From the IMG/VR virus record IMGVR_UViG_3300030294_000015, positions 1 through 64,000 of that record: a stretch of 64,000 bases of DNA; one strand, 5' to 3'. The stretch is from a virus. The notes under the pieces are model-generated. The model made no database searches. It was not told the DNA's origin and was given only the letters and a program-made list of their open reading frames with translations. Both the position numbers and the translations under genes were made by a program. Below are positions 1-9,739 of the stretch, in pieces. Every line of letters starts with the position of its first letter. Position 1 is the first letter of the stretch.

Positions 1-239
1 ATGGTAAAAGAATAAGAACATATGGTGGAAATAGAAAAGAAATTAAAAAAGATTTTGAAAATCTACATTTTATAATATATAGTAATTGGAAGAATCCTTT
101 ATTCTTTGAAGGGATTCCTTACTTTTCTCAAATAAAATTAGAATTAGTTTATAAATCTAAAAATAAAAAAAAAGTAATAGACACTAAATATTTAAAGAAC
201 TTAAAAATGTTAAATTAATAAGAATGGTGGTTTAGTATT

Positions 240-575
240 ATGGGAAACAGAATTATAATTTCAAAAACAGATGATTATGAAATATTTAAGATAGTTAATT
301 CTAATAATGAATTAGTGGTTCTTGGTAAATATTCATATAAAAATGCAAAGATAGAATGTTTATTTGATAGTAATATGAATCTTATTGTAACAGGATGTGT
401 TATCAATATACAATATAATAATACTAAAAATGATGTACTTATAAGTGTATATAGTATTGATTACAGTTCTATAAATTCAGAAGGAGGAATATTATATTCT
501 TTTGATAATCCTAATATAGAAAAAATAATTATACAAGAAATAAAGTTTGATGAACTAGAAGTAGTAAATCTTTAA
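240..575 (+). CDS. hypothetical protein
   Basis: 111-aa ORF with no recognised motif. Confidence 0.6.
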   Translation: MGNRIIISKTDDYEIFKIVNSNNELVVLGKYSYKNAKIECLFDSNMNLIVTGCVINIQYNNTKNDVLISVYSIDYSSINSEGGILYSFDNPNIEKIIIQEIKFDELEVVNL

Positions 576-704
576 TAAAACATAAGTTATATAAGTTATC
601 TTTTATTGTCTTATACTTAATAACGACCAGATTATATTACATATATTTATTAAATTAAATGAAAAAGGAACTTTTTGTTCCTTTTTATTTTTTACATTTA
701 GCTA

Positions 705-716
705 AACATATAAGTA
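705..716 (+). promoter_or_regulatory. Late promoter AACA-N6-TA (polymerase N-half gene)
   Basis: AACA TATAAG TA; the motif recurs before many genes. Confidence 0.65.
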
Positions 717-739
717 TGGAAAGGTGAGGTGTATAATAT

Positions 740-2785
740 ATGGAAGATGAATTATTAAAAGGATATAAAGATGGTTCTAATATATCCTTATTAAATGTAA
801 TATATAATTATCCTAAAAAAGATGAAAATGGTAAATGGGAGAAACATGATAATGCTTCTTTTATTTTTTATGATTTTAATGATAATAAGATGAAGATACA
901 AGAAATAGAAGATGTACCTTATGAATTCTATACTGTAAAAGAAGACAGAGTTCCAGATAAACAACAATTCTTTATGAGTAGAAATGATGTAACTCCAGTA
1001 AGTTGTAAATATAGAGCATTAAATAAAAAAGTTGCTGAATATACAGACCAAGTAGAATTATTTAAGTCTAATATTCAAAATGGTAATGCCAGAGAAAATT
1101 ATAAATTACATTATGATCCTAGAGTCATATCCTCTGATATGCATATAGAAGATAAATTAAGAAATATGTTTGATAGAAGATATATAAATGCACCAATACC
1201 AAAAGTAACTAAAGCATTTTTCGATATAGAATATGATGGTAAAGATTATAAAGGTATAGGGATAGATAGAAATGGTACATGTCCTATAAATGCTATATCA
1301 ATGATAAATGAAGTAGACCAAAGAATATATGTATTCTTATTAAGAAATAAAGATAATCCTCTTATAGAAGAATTTGAAGGATATGCTAATACAAATCAAG
1401 TGCATATAGATTTGAGAGAATTTATAAAAGAAAATGTTGGTGGATGGAAGAATGAAATAAGATATGGACTGGATAAGTATGAATATAAATTTAATTTCTA
1501 TGATGATGAAGTACAATTAATAACTGATTTATTTGTTGTAATGAGTTGGTTCAAACCTAGTTTTATATTAGCATGGAATATGGCATTTGATATTCCTTAC
1601 ATACAAAGAAGATTAGAAAACTTAGGTGTAAATCCACAAGATATAATGTGTAATTCGGATTTCAAACATAAAGTATGTCGTTATTATATAGATGATAAAA
1701 AAGATAAAGATGGTAAAATGAAAAAGATAGAAGGTAGAGGAGATTTTGCCACTATATCTTCTCATTCAGTATTCCTAGATCAAATGATTCAATTTGCATC
1801 TAGAAGAAAAGGACAATCTAACTTTATAAGATATACTTTAGATTATATAGGTGAATCTATATGTAATGTAAGAAAATTAGATTACTCACATATTACAAAT
1901 AAGATTCATGAATTACCATATAAAGATTATAAAACATTTGTTTTCTATAATATTATGGATACAGTAGTTCAATATTGTATTGAGAAGAAAACAGGTGATG
2001 TTGATTATGTATATACGAAGTCATTAATGAATAATGTAAGGTATAGTAAAGTACATAGACAAACTACTTATCAAACAACTCGTATGAGTAAAGAGTTTTA
2101 TAATTATTATGAGGATGGTTTAATTCTAGGAAATAATATAAATGCTTCTAATCAAAAACCTAATGAAAAATATCCAGGAGCTTATGTAGCTGATCCTATG
2201 AAATTAAATGATTATTGTAAACAAAAGATAAATGGACGACCAGTAAATATTATACATAATGGGGTTGACTATGATTATTCAGCACAATATCCAAATGAAG
2301 TTAGAGAAAATAATATGGCTCCACATACACAAATAGCAAAAATAATAATAGAACAAGCTGTATATGCTAATGAAAATCCATTTAAGAATAAATACTATAC
2401 TAGAGGGGGTAATTTCTTAGAAGATTATATGACTAGAAGTATATTAGAATTATGTAGAAAATGGTTTAGTCTAGGGTCTTATGGAGAATTAATAGATGAT
2501 GTAATTAATTATATAAATAATAAGAATCTTATGTATAATCCTACACCATTTATAGGAAATAATATGGTGTTTATGAGGAAGACTAATCCTAATGAATTAA
2601 TACAGTTTATGGTTAGACAACCATTAGGAGAGAAGAGTATATTTATGAGACGGAATAATATACCAGATTATTCTTTAGCAGATAATATAAATGTGGATGA
2701 TTATGTATACAATAATGATAGAAGATATGTTAAACAATCTACATCAGATAAAAATGCACAATTAAAATATGAAGAGGAGGAATAG
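740..2785 (+). CDS. Family-B DNA polymerase, N-terminal part (3'-5' exonuclease plus motif A) of a split polymerase
   Basis: ExoI FFDIEYD, ExoII LAWNMAFDIPY, ExoIII YNIMD, YPGAYVADP and motif A DYDYSAQYPN. Motifs B and C are absent here and occur at 20915-24840. Confidence 0.92.
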   Translation: MEDELLKGYKDGSNISLLNVIYNYPKKDENGKWEKHDNASFIFYDFNDNKMKIQEIEDVPYEFYTVKEDRVPDKQQFFMSRNDVTPVSCKYRALNKKVAEYTDQVELFKSNIQNGNARENYKLHYDPRVISSDMHIEDKLRNMFDRRYINAPIPKVTKAFFDIEYDGKDYKGIGIDRNGTCPINAISMINEVDQRIYVFLLRNKDNPLIEEFEGYANTNQVHIDLREFIKENVGGWKNEIRYGLDKYEYKFNFYDDEVQLITDLFVVMSWFKPSFILAWNMAFDIPYIQRRLENLGVNPQDIMCNSDFKHKVCRYYIDDKKDKDGKMKKIEGRGDFATISSHSVFLDQMIQFASRRKGQSNFIRYTLDYIGESICNVRKLDYSHITNKIHELPYKDYKTFVFYNIMDTVVQYCIEKKTGDVDYVYTKSLMNNVRYSKVHRQTTYQTTRMSKEFYNYYEDGLILGNNINASNQKPNEKYPGAYVADPMKLNDYCKQKINGRPVNIIHNGVDYDYSAQYPNEVRENNMAPHTQIAKIIIEQAVYANENPFKNKYYTRGGNFLEDYMTRSILELCRKWFSLGSYGELIDDVINYINNKNLMYNPTPFIGNNMVFMRKTNPNELIQFMVRQPLGEKSIFMRRNNIPDYSLADNINVDDYVYNNDRRYVKQSTSDKNAQLKYEEEE

Positions 2786-2789
2786 AATA

Positions 2790-3410
2790 ATGAAATTAAT
2801 TGAATTAGAAGAACTAATAAATCAATTTAAGATTATTAAATCAGATTTAGTATATCTTAGAGGGAATAATATATTTGGATTTGATTATTCACATACTATA
2901 GTGAAAGAAACATCATTCTGTAATCCTAATTCATATTTGTTGGTTATTCAGATTAAAGATTGGTTAGATTTGTTTAAACAATTAAAAGAATCAAATACTA
3001 AATATGAAAATAAAGTAATTGATGAAATTCAAGGAGACTATATATCATATAAAGGAAAAAATTATTATTATAAATCATCATTTATAATCAGTGAATTAGA
3101 TAGAAAAATAAGTACTATTCATAATATTATGAATAGTATAAAACCTGTTGAATTTATTGAAGATGTAAAATCAGATACAAACTTTAATACTACTTTAGAT
3201 AAGGAATTTAAAAGTGATTGTGGAGTTTACTTATATAGGGTAAAAGAATATGTAATGACTATTTATAAAACTCTATTAGGAATTACATCAAAAGATAATG
3301 TGTCATTGAATATCTATAATTATTCTGATTTATATTTTTTATCTAAGTATGTATTATATAATAAAAAACAATCTATATCCATATATTTAAATTTAAGAAA
3401 ATTACCATAA
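2790..3410 (+). CDS. Putative sliding clamp (PCNA/gp45-like fold); tentative
   Basis: Directly follows the polymerase gene (GAGGAGG RBS, ATG 2790), ~206 aa. FDYSHTIV resembles PCNA [8 protein letters not shown], and the C-terminal alternating beta-strand pattern resembles the PCNA end. Confidence 0.35.
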   Translation: MKLIELEELINQFKIIKSDLVYLRGNNIFGFDYSHTIVKETSFCNPNSYLLVIQIKDWLDLFKQLKESNTKYENKVIDEIQGDYISYKGKNYYYKSSFIISELDRKISTIHNIMNSIKPVEFIEDVKSDTNFNTTLDKEFKSDCGVYLYRVKEYVMTIYKTLLGITSKDNVSLNIYNYSDLYFLSKYVLYNKKQSISIYLNLRKLP

Positions 3411-3445
3411 AAGGAACGAAAGTTCCTTTATTTTTTACCTCACGA

Positions 3446-3457
3446 AACATTGGAATA
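3446..3457 (+). promoter_or_regulatory. Late promoter AACA-N6-TA (portal)
   Basis: AACA TTGGAA TA. Confidence 0.7.
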
Positions 3458-3481
3458 ATAATGAAACGGAGGTAATATATT

Positions 3482-5728
3482 ATGGAAAATGATAAGAGAA
3501 AAAGTATAAGTTCTAAATTTATACAATCTATAACTGGAAAAGTAAATCAATTAAAACAATCAACATCTTTTTTACCATCTAATATAACAGATGATACATT
3601 ATATATAACACAGAATATAAATTCAGAAATAGATAAATTAATAACTCATAATGAAGATATAGAGGGAGAAGCTAATATAGCCAATCTTTATAATAGAATA
3701 GGAAATACTAGTATAAAAGATAATGGTAAAAATGTATCACTTGATTCTATATTTAATTCAAGACAGTTATCTGAACAAATAATGCCTAATTTTATTCAAA
3801 ATAGACAATTATTAGAATATGAAGAAATGATAGATACAATAGTAAAATATTTTCCTACAATGCAAGATGTACTTGATGTAAAAAAAGATCATGTATTATG
3901 TGCAGATCATTATACAAAAGACTTTATTAATGTATTAGATTTAACCACAAATAAATCTACATCAGATGAAGAAGCTTCTGTATTCCAACAAAATATATCA
4001 TATATAAAAGATAAATATAATTTGATAAATCAATATGATAAATTTTATGATATCACGGCATCATATGGAGAATGTTTTATTTATATAAAAGGATATAATG
4101 ATGCTATAGGTGAATTATTAAAGAATAAGAATAAAAATCCAGCTTATCATACAGAAAGTTTTGTATTAAATGAATGTTTTTCTTCTCAAAATGATAATCC
4201 TATAAAAGTACATAAACCTGACACTGAGTATTCTAATTATCTAAATGATATTTCAAAATTAGAATTTACAATCAATTACAATAAATATGGATATATATCA
4301 TCTGCTGTTTCAGAAGCTCATAATATGAGAGAAATATTAACAGAACAACAGCAAAATATTAATATTGGTTATAAAATGATGGAGAAAAAATTAGTACCAG
4401 ATAAATTAGGATTTGAAGGTATACAAGATGGTTTAATAGACAGAGGGAATATAAAAGAAAATAATAAAGATTATGAGAATCCTAAATTAGATTTAAAAGG
4501 TTGTATAGTGCGTAAACTAAGAAGAGAAAATATAATTCCTTTATATTTTGATGATGATACTGTTGTTGGTTATTTTTATATAGAAAGTGAGATTCAAAAT
4601 GAATTAAGAGACTCTAGTAAAAGTAATGCATCCCCATTTAGAGGAAATATGGCTAATATGTCATCTATATTTAATAATACAAAATCAGAAGAAAGAAAAA
4701 ATATATTGACATATATATCTGATAAATTATCTAAAATGATAGATGAAAAGTTTATTAAAGATAATCAAGATTTAAAGAAAGAAATATATCTTGTATTAAA
4801 AAATACTCAAATATTAGAAAAAGGACAAACACAAGTTAATGCTGTATTTATACAACCACAAGATATTATTCATATGAAGTTTGATGAAGATCCATTAACA
4901 CATAGAGGGGTCTCTGATTTAGATAAATCTATTGTACCTGCTAGTATGTATATAAATCTATATACTACAAATACTATTGGTATATTGACTAGAGGATTTG
5001 ATAAGAGAGTATACTATGTAAAGAATAGAGTAGATACAAACATAGCTAGAACATTACTTAATGTAATGAATCAACTAAAAAGAGGAAATATGGGTACTAG
5101 AGAAATATCTAATCCTAAGACAGCTTTAAATATTACTGGTAGATATAATGATGTATTAATCCCTGTAGGACAATCAGGGGATGCTCCTGTTACAATAGAA
5201 AATATGCCTGGTCAAGATATAGATACTAAACAAGACTTAATGGAATCATTAAAAGAATTAGCTATAGGTCCAACTAATGTACCTTTAGATTATGTGGATC
5301 AATCTAAACAAGTGGATTTTGCTACAAGACTTACTATGTCTAATTATAAATTTTTAAGATCTATATATAAGAGACAATCATTAACAAATCCTTTCTTTAC
5401 AAAAATACTTCAAAAAATATATGATTATGAATTCCCAGATGATACTGTAAAATTAAAGGTAACTTTACCTGCACCAGTATATATAAACACAATGGGAGTT
5501 GCAGAAATATTCAGAGTAGTAAATGATTACTCCCAACAAATAGCAGAGACAGAGTTTGTTAATCAAAGCGATCCATTAATAGAAATAAAGAAAAAGATAT
5601 TTATATCAGAACATAATAAACAAGTTATGGGTTCTCAATTAGATAGAAACCTTATATCTAAAGCAAAAGAATATGCTGATTTACATGCTTCAGAATATTC
5701 AGCTCCTAATGATAATAGTGTAATGTAA
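3482..5728 (+). CDS. Portal protein (T4 gp20-like, jumbo-phage type)
   Basis: YGECFIY, RGFDKRVYYV, IENMPGQ and NVPLDY match gp20-family portal patterns; preceded by a late promoter. Confidence 0.8.
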   Translation: MENDKRKSISSKFIQSITGKVNQLKQSTSFLPSNITDDTLYITQNINSEIDKLITHNEDIEGEANIANLYNRIGNTSIKDNGKNVSLDSIFNSRQLSEQIMPNFIQNRQLLEYEEMIDTIVKYFPTMQDVLDVKKDHVLCADHYTKDFINVLDLTTNKSTSDEEASVFQQNISYIKDKYNLINQYDKFYDITASYGECFIYIKGYNDAIGELLKNKNKNPAYHTESFVLNECFSSQNDNPIKVHKPDTEYSNYLNDISKLEFTINYNKYGYISSAVSEAHNMREILTEQQQNINIGYKMMEKKLVPDKLGFEGIQDGLIDRGNIKENNKDYENPKLDLKGCIVRKLRRENIIPLYFDDDTVVGYFYIESEIQNELRDSSKSNASPFRGNMANMSSIFNNTKSEERKNILTYISDKLSKMIDEKFIKDNQDLKKEIYLVLKNTQILEKGQTQVNAVFIQPQDIIHMKFDEDPLTHRGVSDLDKSIVPASMYINLYTTNTIGILTRGFDKRVYYVKNRVDTNIARTLLNVMNQLKRGNMGTREISNPKTALNITGRYNDVLIPVGQSGDAPVTIENMPGQDIDTKQDLMESLKELAIGPTNVPLDYVDQSKQVDFATRLTMSNYKFLRSIYKRQSLTNPFFTKILQKIYDYEFPDDTVKLKVTLPAPVYINTMGVAEIFRVVNDYSQQIAETEFVNQSDPLIEIKKKIFISEHNKQVMGSQLDRNLISKAKEYADLHASEYSAPNDNSVM

Positions 5729-5735
5729 GCATAAA

Positions 5736-5764
5736 ATAGTCTACAGGATTATCCTGTAGACTAT
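5736..5764. terminator. Bidirectional intrinsic terminator between convergent genes
   Basis: Perfect hairpin ATAGTCTACAGG-ATTAT-CCTGTAGACTAT. Confidence 0.8.
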
Positions 5765-5769
5765 ATCTT

Positions 5770-6549
5770 TTAAGTTGTTACAACATCAGCTAAACCCTTC
5801 CATTCATAATTATCAGAGTTGATAACCATTTTATCACTATTACTATCATTCAATAACCAACCTAAGGCTTCTTTAGCTTTTATATAAACGGCTTCTCCAC
5901 ATACAGGAAATACATTATAAGAGATAGTTGTTTCTTTCTTATCTACCTCACCAACTGTTCCATTAAACATTGACATATCGGCATTATTTGGATAAGCTGC
6001 TAATAATAAGTAAGCTTTTTCAACTTGTCTATAAGTATTATCTGTAACAATATAGAAAAGTATACCTACTTCATTCTCCCATCCAGATTCTAATGTACCG
6101 TCTTGGATTAAACCATGATAATGTTTTGCTTGTTTAGCTTTAGGATCTCTAATACCTTTAAGATATAATTCATGATATTTGTTAAGTATAATACCAGATT
6201 TTTCTGTGTAAGTCATATTAACAGTAACTCCAGTAGGTTCATTAACTTTTCCTATCATATTTAAAGTATTAATACCATCAGTTAATTCTATTGTATCTAT
6301 GCTTAAATCATCAAGACCATCAAGACCTCTAAATTCATGTTCTATAATCCATTTATAGTTATCTACTATAGCGGCATATTCATCATTTTTACCAGCTAAT
6401 TTCTCCATGTATTTTGGTGTTTTAATCCATAATAGAACTTGATATCCTGATTCATATAAATTAAATTGATATAAATTAGAAAAATCTGTAACACCTCTAA
6501 ATAAGTTACTATCAGTAACTGTTCTAGGAGATTTTAATCCTGTATACAT
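5770..6549 (-). CDS. Tail tube protein
   Basis: Directly downstream of the sheath, 259 aa; YLKGIRDP and LLLAAYP resemble jumbo-phage tube proteins. Confidence 0.7.
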   Translation of the reverse strand: MYTGLKSPRTVTDSNLFRGVTDFSNLYQFNLYESGYQVLLWIKTPKYMEKLAGKNDEYAAIVDNYKWIIEHEFRGLDGLDDLSIDTIELTDGINTLNMIGKVNEPTGVTVNMTYTEKSGIILNKYHELYLKGIRDPKAKQAKHYHGLIQDGTLESGWENEVGILFYIVTDNTYRQVEKAYLLLAAYPNNADMSMFNGTVGEVDKKETTISYNVFPVCGEAVYIKAKEALGWLLNDSNSDKMVINSDNYEWKGLADVVTT

Positions 6550-6567
6550 ATTATTTCCCTCCTTCTT

Positions 6568-8448
6568 CTAAGAATTACTATTGTTTAAGTAAATTGTAAA
6601 CTGTTCTTGTTGTACGAAATCTTTAAACACTACATTTAATGCAGCTTGATATATTTTATTTTGTTTAGCTGTAGTGTCTTCTATATAAACTAATTCTATA
6701 AGATCAAATAAAGAAGAAACTTTATTAAGAACTTTAGTTGTTACAGTATCTTGATAATCAGCCAAATCAGCTTTATCTAAGAAAGAATATCTTATTGATG
6801 GTGCTACTGTTCTAATATCTTTTATGACCTTTTGGATTAATAAGATATTATTCATAAATGTTGCTTGAGTGTAATCAATTTGAGAAGTTATTTGAGTATC
6901 TTGTATAAAATTACCTTCATCATATTTAGTAGCATAATTCAATCTATATTCTATAAAATTATCTTTTTGTTTTACATCTGGTAAATTTATAGGTCTAAAG
7001 TTTTCAGTACCCTCAATCCATCTTGAAAATTTAATTCCATACATACTTCCAGCAAATGGACGACTTCTACCATTTACAAAGTGAGGTATTAATAACTCAC
7101 ATAATTCTAATATAGATGTAACTGTAATTTGTTTATTAGAGAATGGATCTATTATATCATAGAATAATGGATAAGTACCTGAGTACATACTATTATTACT
7201 ATTTTCTAAAAAATCTTCACCATTACTAATAATATCAGAATATGTAGTATCTAATATACACATATCTCTCAAGAAGTATGGATCTATTCTTACATCACAT
7301 AATGACGTTATTGCTTTCTTAACACTAATAGGATAATTAGCATCAGGAATAATATCAATCTTAAAGTTATCTATATCATATATATCAGTAGTTAAATTAC
7401 CATTAAAAAAGTTTACTAATTCATTAGCATAATCATCTGAATTTATAGGATAAGTACCAAAAGAACCATTAGATCCATTATCTAAAGATAATCCATAAGT
7501 ATATGATAAATTTGCATATCCAGTAGAATTATCTAATGATATATCTGTTAATGATACACCTGTTCTATCTTTACAATTGAACAAATCTAAATTCATAAGT
7601 TCATCATAAGTATAATTAGATTGTAATGTACTTAACTTTTCAGACATTAGTTCCCAATAACTTTCAAATAATTCACATTTAATTTGGTCTGAATATTGAG
7701 AAATAACTGTTTGAATAGACATATTTTTTTCATATTCTGAAATATCTGGATTTGAAGTAAAGTTTAAAGTCTCTAATATAGTAGAATTTTCAATTACTTC
7801 TAAATAATATTTCATATATGATAATTTTTTAGAAGCAGTAGAATTAGAACAAATTCTAATTTTCTTATTACTAATACCTCTTCCATTATCTGTTATAACA
7901 AATAACGGATAAATCATATTAGTTTCATCTAAAGTAGATTTTACTAAAGTAGATAATCCTTTTATACTTGTAACATCGGAAAATGATTTTCCTGTATATT
8001 TAACCTTGTATTTTTTTTCCATAACCGCTGTATTACCATCAGCTATTATAGTTTCATTTCCAGCACTGTCTGTATATACTAAATATCCATCACTATTTGT
8101 TTTTTGTGTTGATGAACTAGTTATTTGAGCATATATAACAAGATTTGCAAGAGTAGCATCTGCTGCTACTATTCTTTTAAATATTAATTTTGCTTCATCT
8201 TGAGCTAATATCCCAGCAGTTAATAAAGCCTGTCCATATTTAGCAAATGATGGTTTAATGCCATATTTAGTAAAAAATTTAATCCCTTTAGTAGACGCAG
8301 GCACTACAGTCATCTCTTCAGGACCTTTAGGAGCTGCTGATGCTATAAGAAATACAGGACCATTATATGTCACTGTAGTTGTTGAAGTTGTAATAGCAGA
8401 ATTATCAACAATCGTAAATTGTGATTCTGGTGTAACTATCTGAGCCAT
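6568..8448 (-). CDS. Contractile tail sheath protein
   Basis: N-terminal IVDNS..KGPE, GRGISN, DIIPDANYP and a sheath-like C-terminus (NNILLIQKVIKDIR..LNVVF). Confidence 0.8.
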   Translation of the reverse strand: MAQIVTPESQFTIVDNSAITTSTTTVTYNGPVFLIASAAPKGPEEMTVVPASTKGIKFFTKYGIKPSFAKYGQALLTAGILAQDEAKLIFKRIVAADATLANLVIYAQITSSSTQKTNSDGYLVYTDSAGNETIIADGNTAVMEKKYKVKYTGKSFSDVTSIKGLSTLVKSTLDETNMIYPLFVITDNGRGISNKKIRICSNSTASKKLSYMKYYLEVIENSTILETLNFTSNPDISEYEKNMSIQTVISQYSDQIKCELFESYWELMSEKLSTLQSNYTYDELMNLDLFNCKDRTGVSLTDISLDNSTGYANLSYTYGLSLDNGSNGSFGTYPINSDDYANELVNFFNGNLTTDIYDIDNFKIDIIPDANYPISVKKAITSLCDVRIDPYFLRDMCILDTTYSDIISNGEDFLENSNNSMYSGTYPLFYDIIDPFSNKQITVTSILELCELLIPHFVNGRSRPFAGSMYGIKFSRWIEGTENFRPINLPDVKQKDNFIEYRLNYATKYDEGNFIQDTQITSQIDYTQATFMNNILLIQKVIKDIRTVAPSIRYSFLDKADLADYQDTVTTKVLNKVSSLFDLIELVYIEDTTAKQNKIYQAALNVVFKDFVQQEQFTIYLNNSNS

Positions 8449-8472
8449 ATTTATTCCTCCTTTTAAATATAT

Positions 8473-8484
8473 TATTGATATGTT
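8473..8484 (-). promoter_or_regulatory. Late promoter AACA-N6-TA (sheath/tube)
   Basis: AACA TATCAA TA. Confidence 0.7.
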
Positions 8485-8501
8485 ATAATGTACCAGTTAG
8501 T

Positions 8502-9230
8502 CTAAATCATTATTTTTTCTAATGGTGAATATTTGGTATCTTTTGTTAATGTAGCGTTTACAATAGATTCATCTATATTCTCACTTGTAAGTGCCGCAAA
8601 TGGTGATATAAATTTAGGAATTTGTTTCATAGGAATATATTGATAATCAGTCATATTAGACATATTAGTATGTCTAAATAATGTTCTAATATCATCTTTA
8701 GATCTACACATTTCTGCAACTAGTATTCCAAATAACTGAGCATTTAATTTATAATCTTCACCATTTAATTTTATATTGTCTAAGAAATATTTATATATAG
8801 TAGAATAATCTATAGTAGTAGGCATCTTACCAGTCATAAACATTCCTAACAAAATATCTGCATTAGATACCTTCTGTTCTAACATAACAGACTTTACTAT
8901 AACATCTCCTTTCTTATATTTAAGTAATCTATAGTCATCTTCTTCTGATGTCTTAGTAAGTTTTATTCCTTTAATTTTTTCTATTTTACTTGGAATAGTA
9001 GTAAATATTGTAGGATAATTAAAAGTTCTCAATCCATCGTGTTTACCTTTTTCATCAAAAATAGCATAATTTAATATACCCATAAGATCTACATTCTCAC
9101 CAATTATTTCTGCAAATTTTCGTTCAAAATAAATCTCAGGAACATAAAAAACAAATTCTCCGTTATCGTTAAATAATAAAGATTCATTATCCCTTCGTAA
9201 AAAGGATGGAATCTTGTATTTACTGTCCAT
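8502..9230 (-). CDS. RNA polymerase beta'-like extreme C-terminal fragment (probably virion RNAP)
   Basis: ILVAEMCR..SPFAALTSEN..SPLEKIM resembles the beta' C-terminal region; late promoter at 9249-9260. Confidence 0.6.
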   Translation of the reverse strand: MDSKYKIPSFLRRDNESLLFNDNGEFVFYVPEIYFERKFAEIIGENVDLMGILNYAIFDEKGKHDGLRTFNYPTIFTTIPSKIEKIKGIKLTKTSEEDDYRLLKYKKGDVIVKSVMLEQKVSNADILLGMFMTGKMPTTIDYSTIYKYFLDNIKLNGEDYKLNAQLFGILVAEMCRSKDDIRTLFRHTNMSNMTDYQYIPMKQIPKFISPFAALTSENIDESIVNATLTKDTKYSPLEKIMI

Positions 9231-9361
9231 ATATAGAACACCTCCTTATAGTATAAAGTTTTCAGTATTAAACGTAAAATACAGATATGGAAAACCCACA
9301 TCTGTATTATAATTATAAATGAGTACATATATTAGTAATTATATCATATATTTCTGTTTTA

Positions 9362-9736
9362 TTAAACTGTAGTTGGTGGTGTATCAACAATTACATTACC
9401 ACTAGCATCATAGTTTACATCAAAAGTTGGTGAAGTAACATTTGAAATATCTCTAACTTGAGAAGGATATATTTTCTTTGTATATGCTTGACTAGTTACA
9501 GATGTATCAGTAACAAAATATACATCATCACTTTCAGCATTTATCTTTGTTACAGTCCCAACAATAGTAGATAGTCTTTCATTCTCAATAAATTTAACAG
9601 CAATAGTATCTCCTATATTGAATTGAGATTGCTTGGAAGTCTTATCAGCATAAGTGATAATAATCTTTAAAGATTTATTAACCTCTGTTTCAACATCTGT
9701 CACAATTGAGCTATTGTCTAATTCTTTAAAACTCAT
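9362..9736 (-). CDS. hypothetical protein, probably virion-associated
   Basis: Lies in a late operon; S/T/V-rich. Confidence 0.55.
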   Translation of the reverse strand: MSFKELDNSSIVTDVETEVNKSLKIIITYADKTSKQSQFNIGDTIAVKFIENERLSTIVGTVTKINAESDDVYFVTDTSVTSQAYTKKIYPSQVRDISNVTSPTFDVNYDASGNVIVDTPPTTV

Positions 9737-9739
9737 TTA

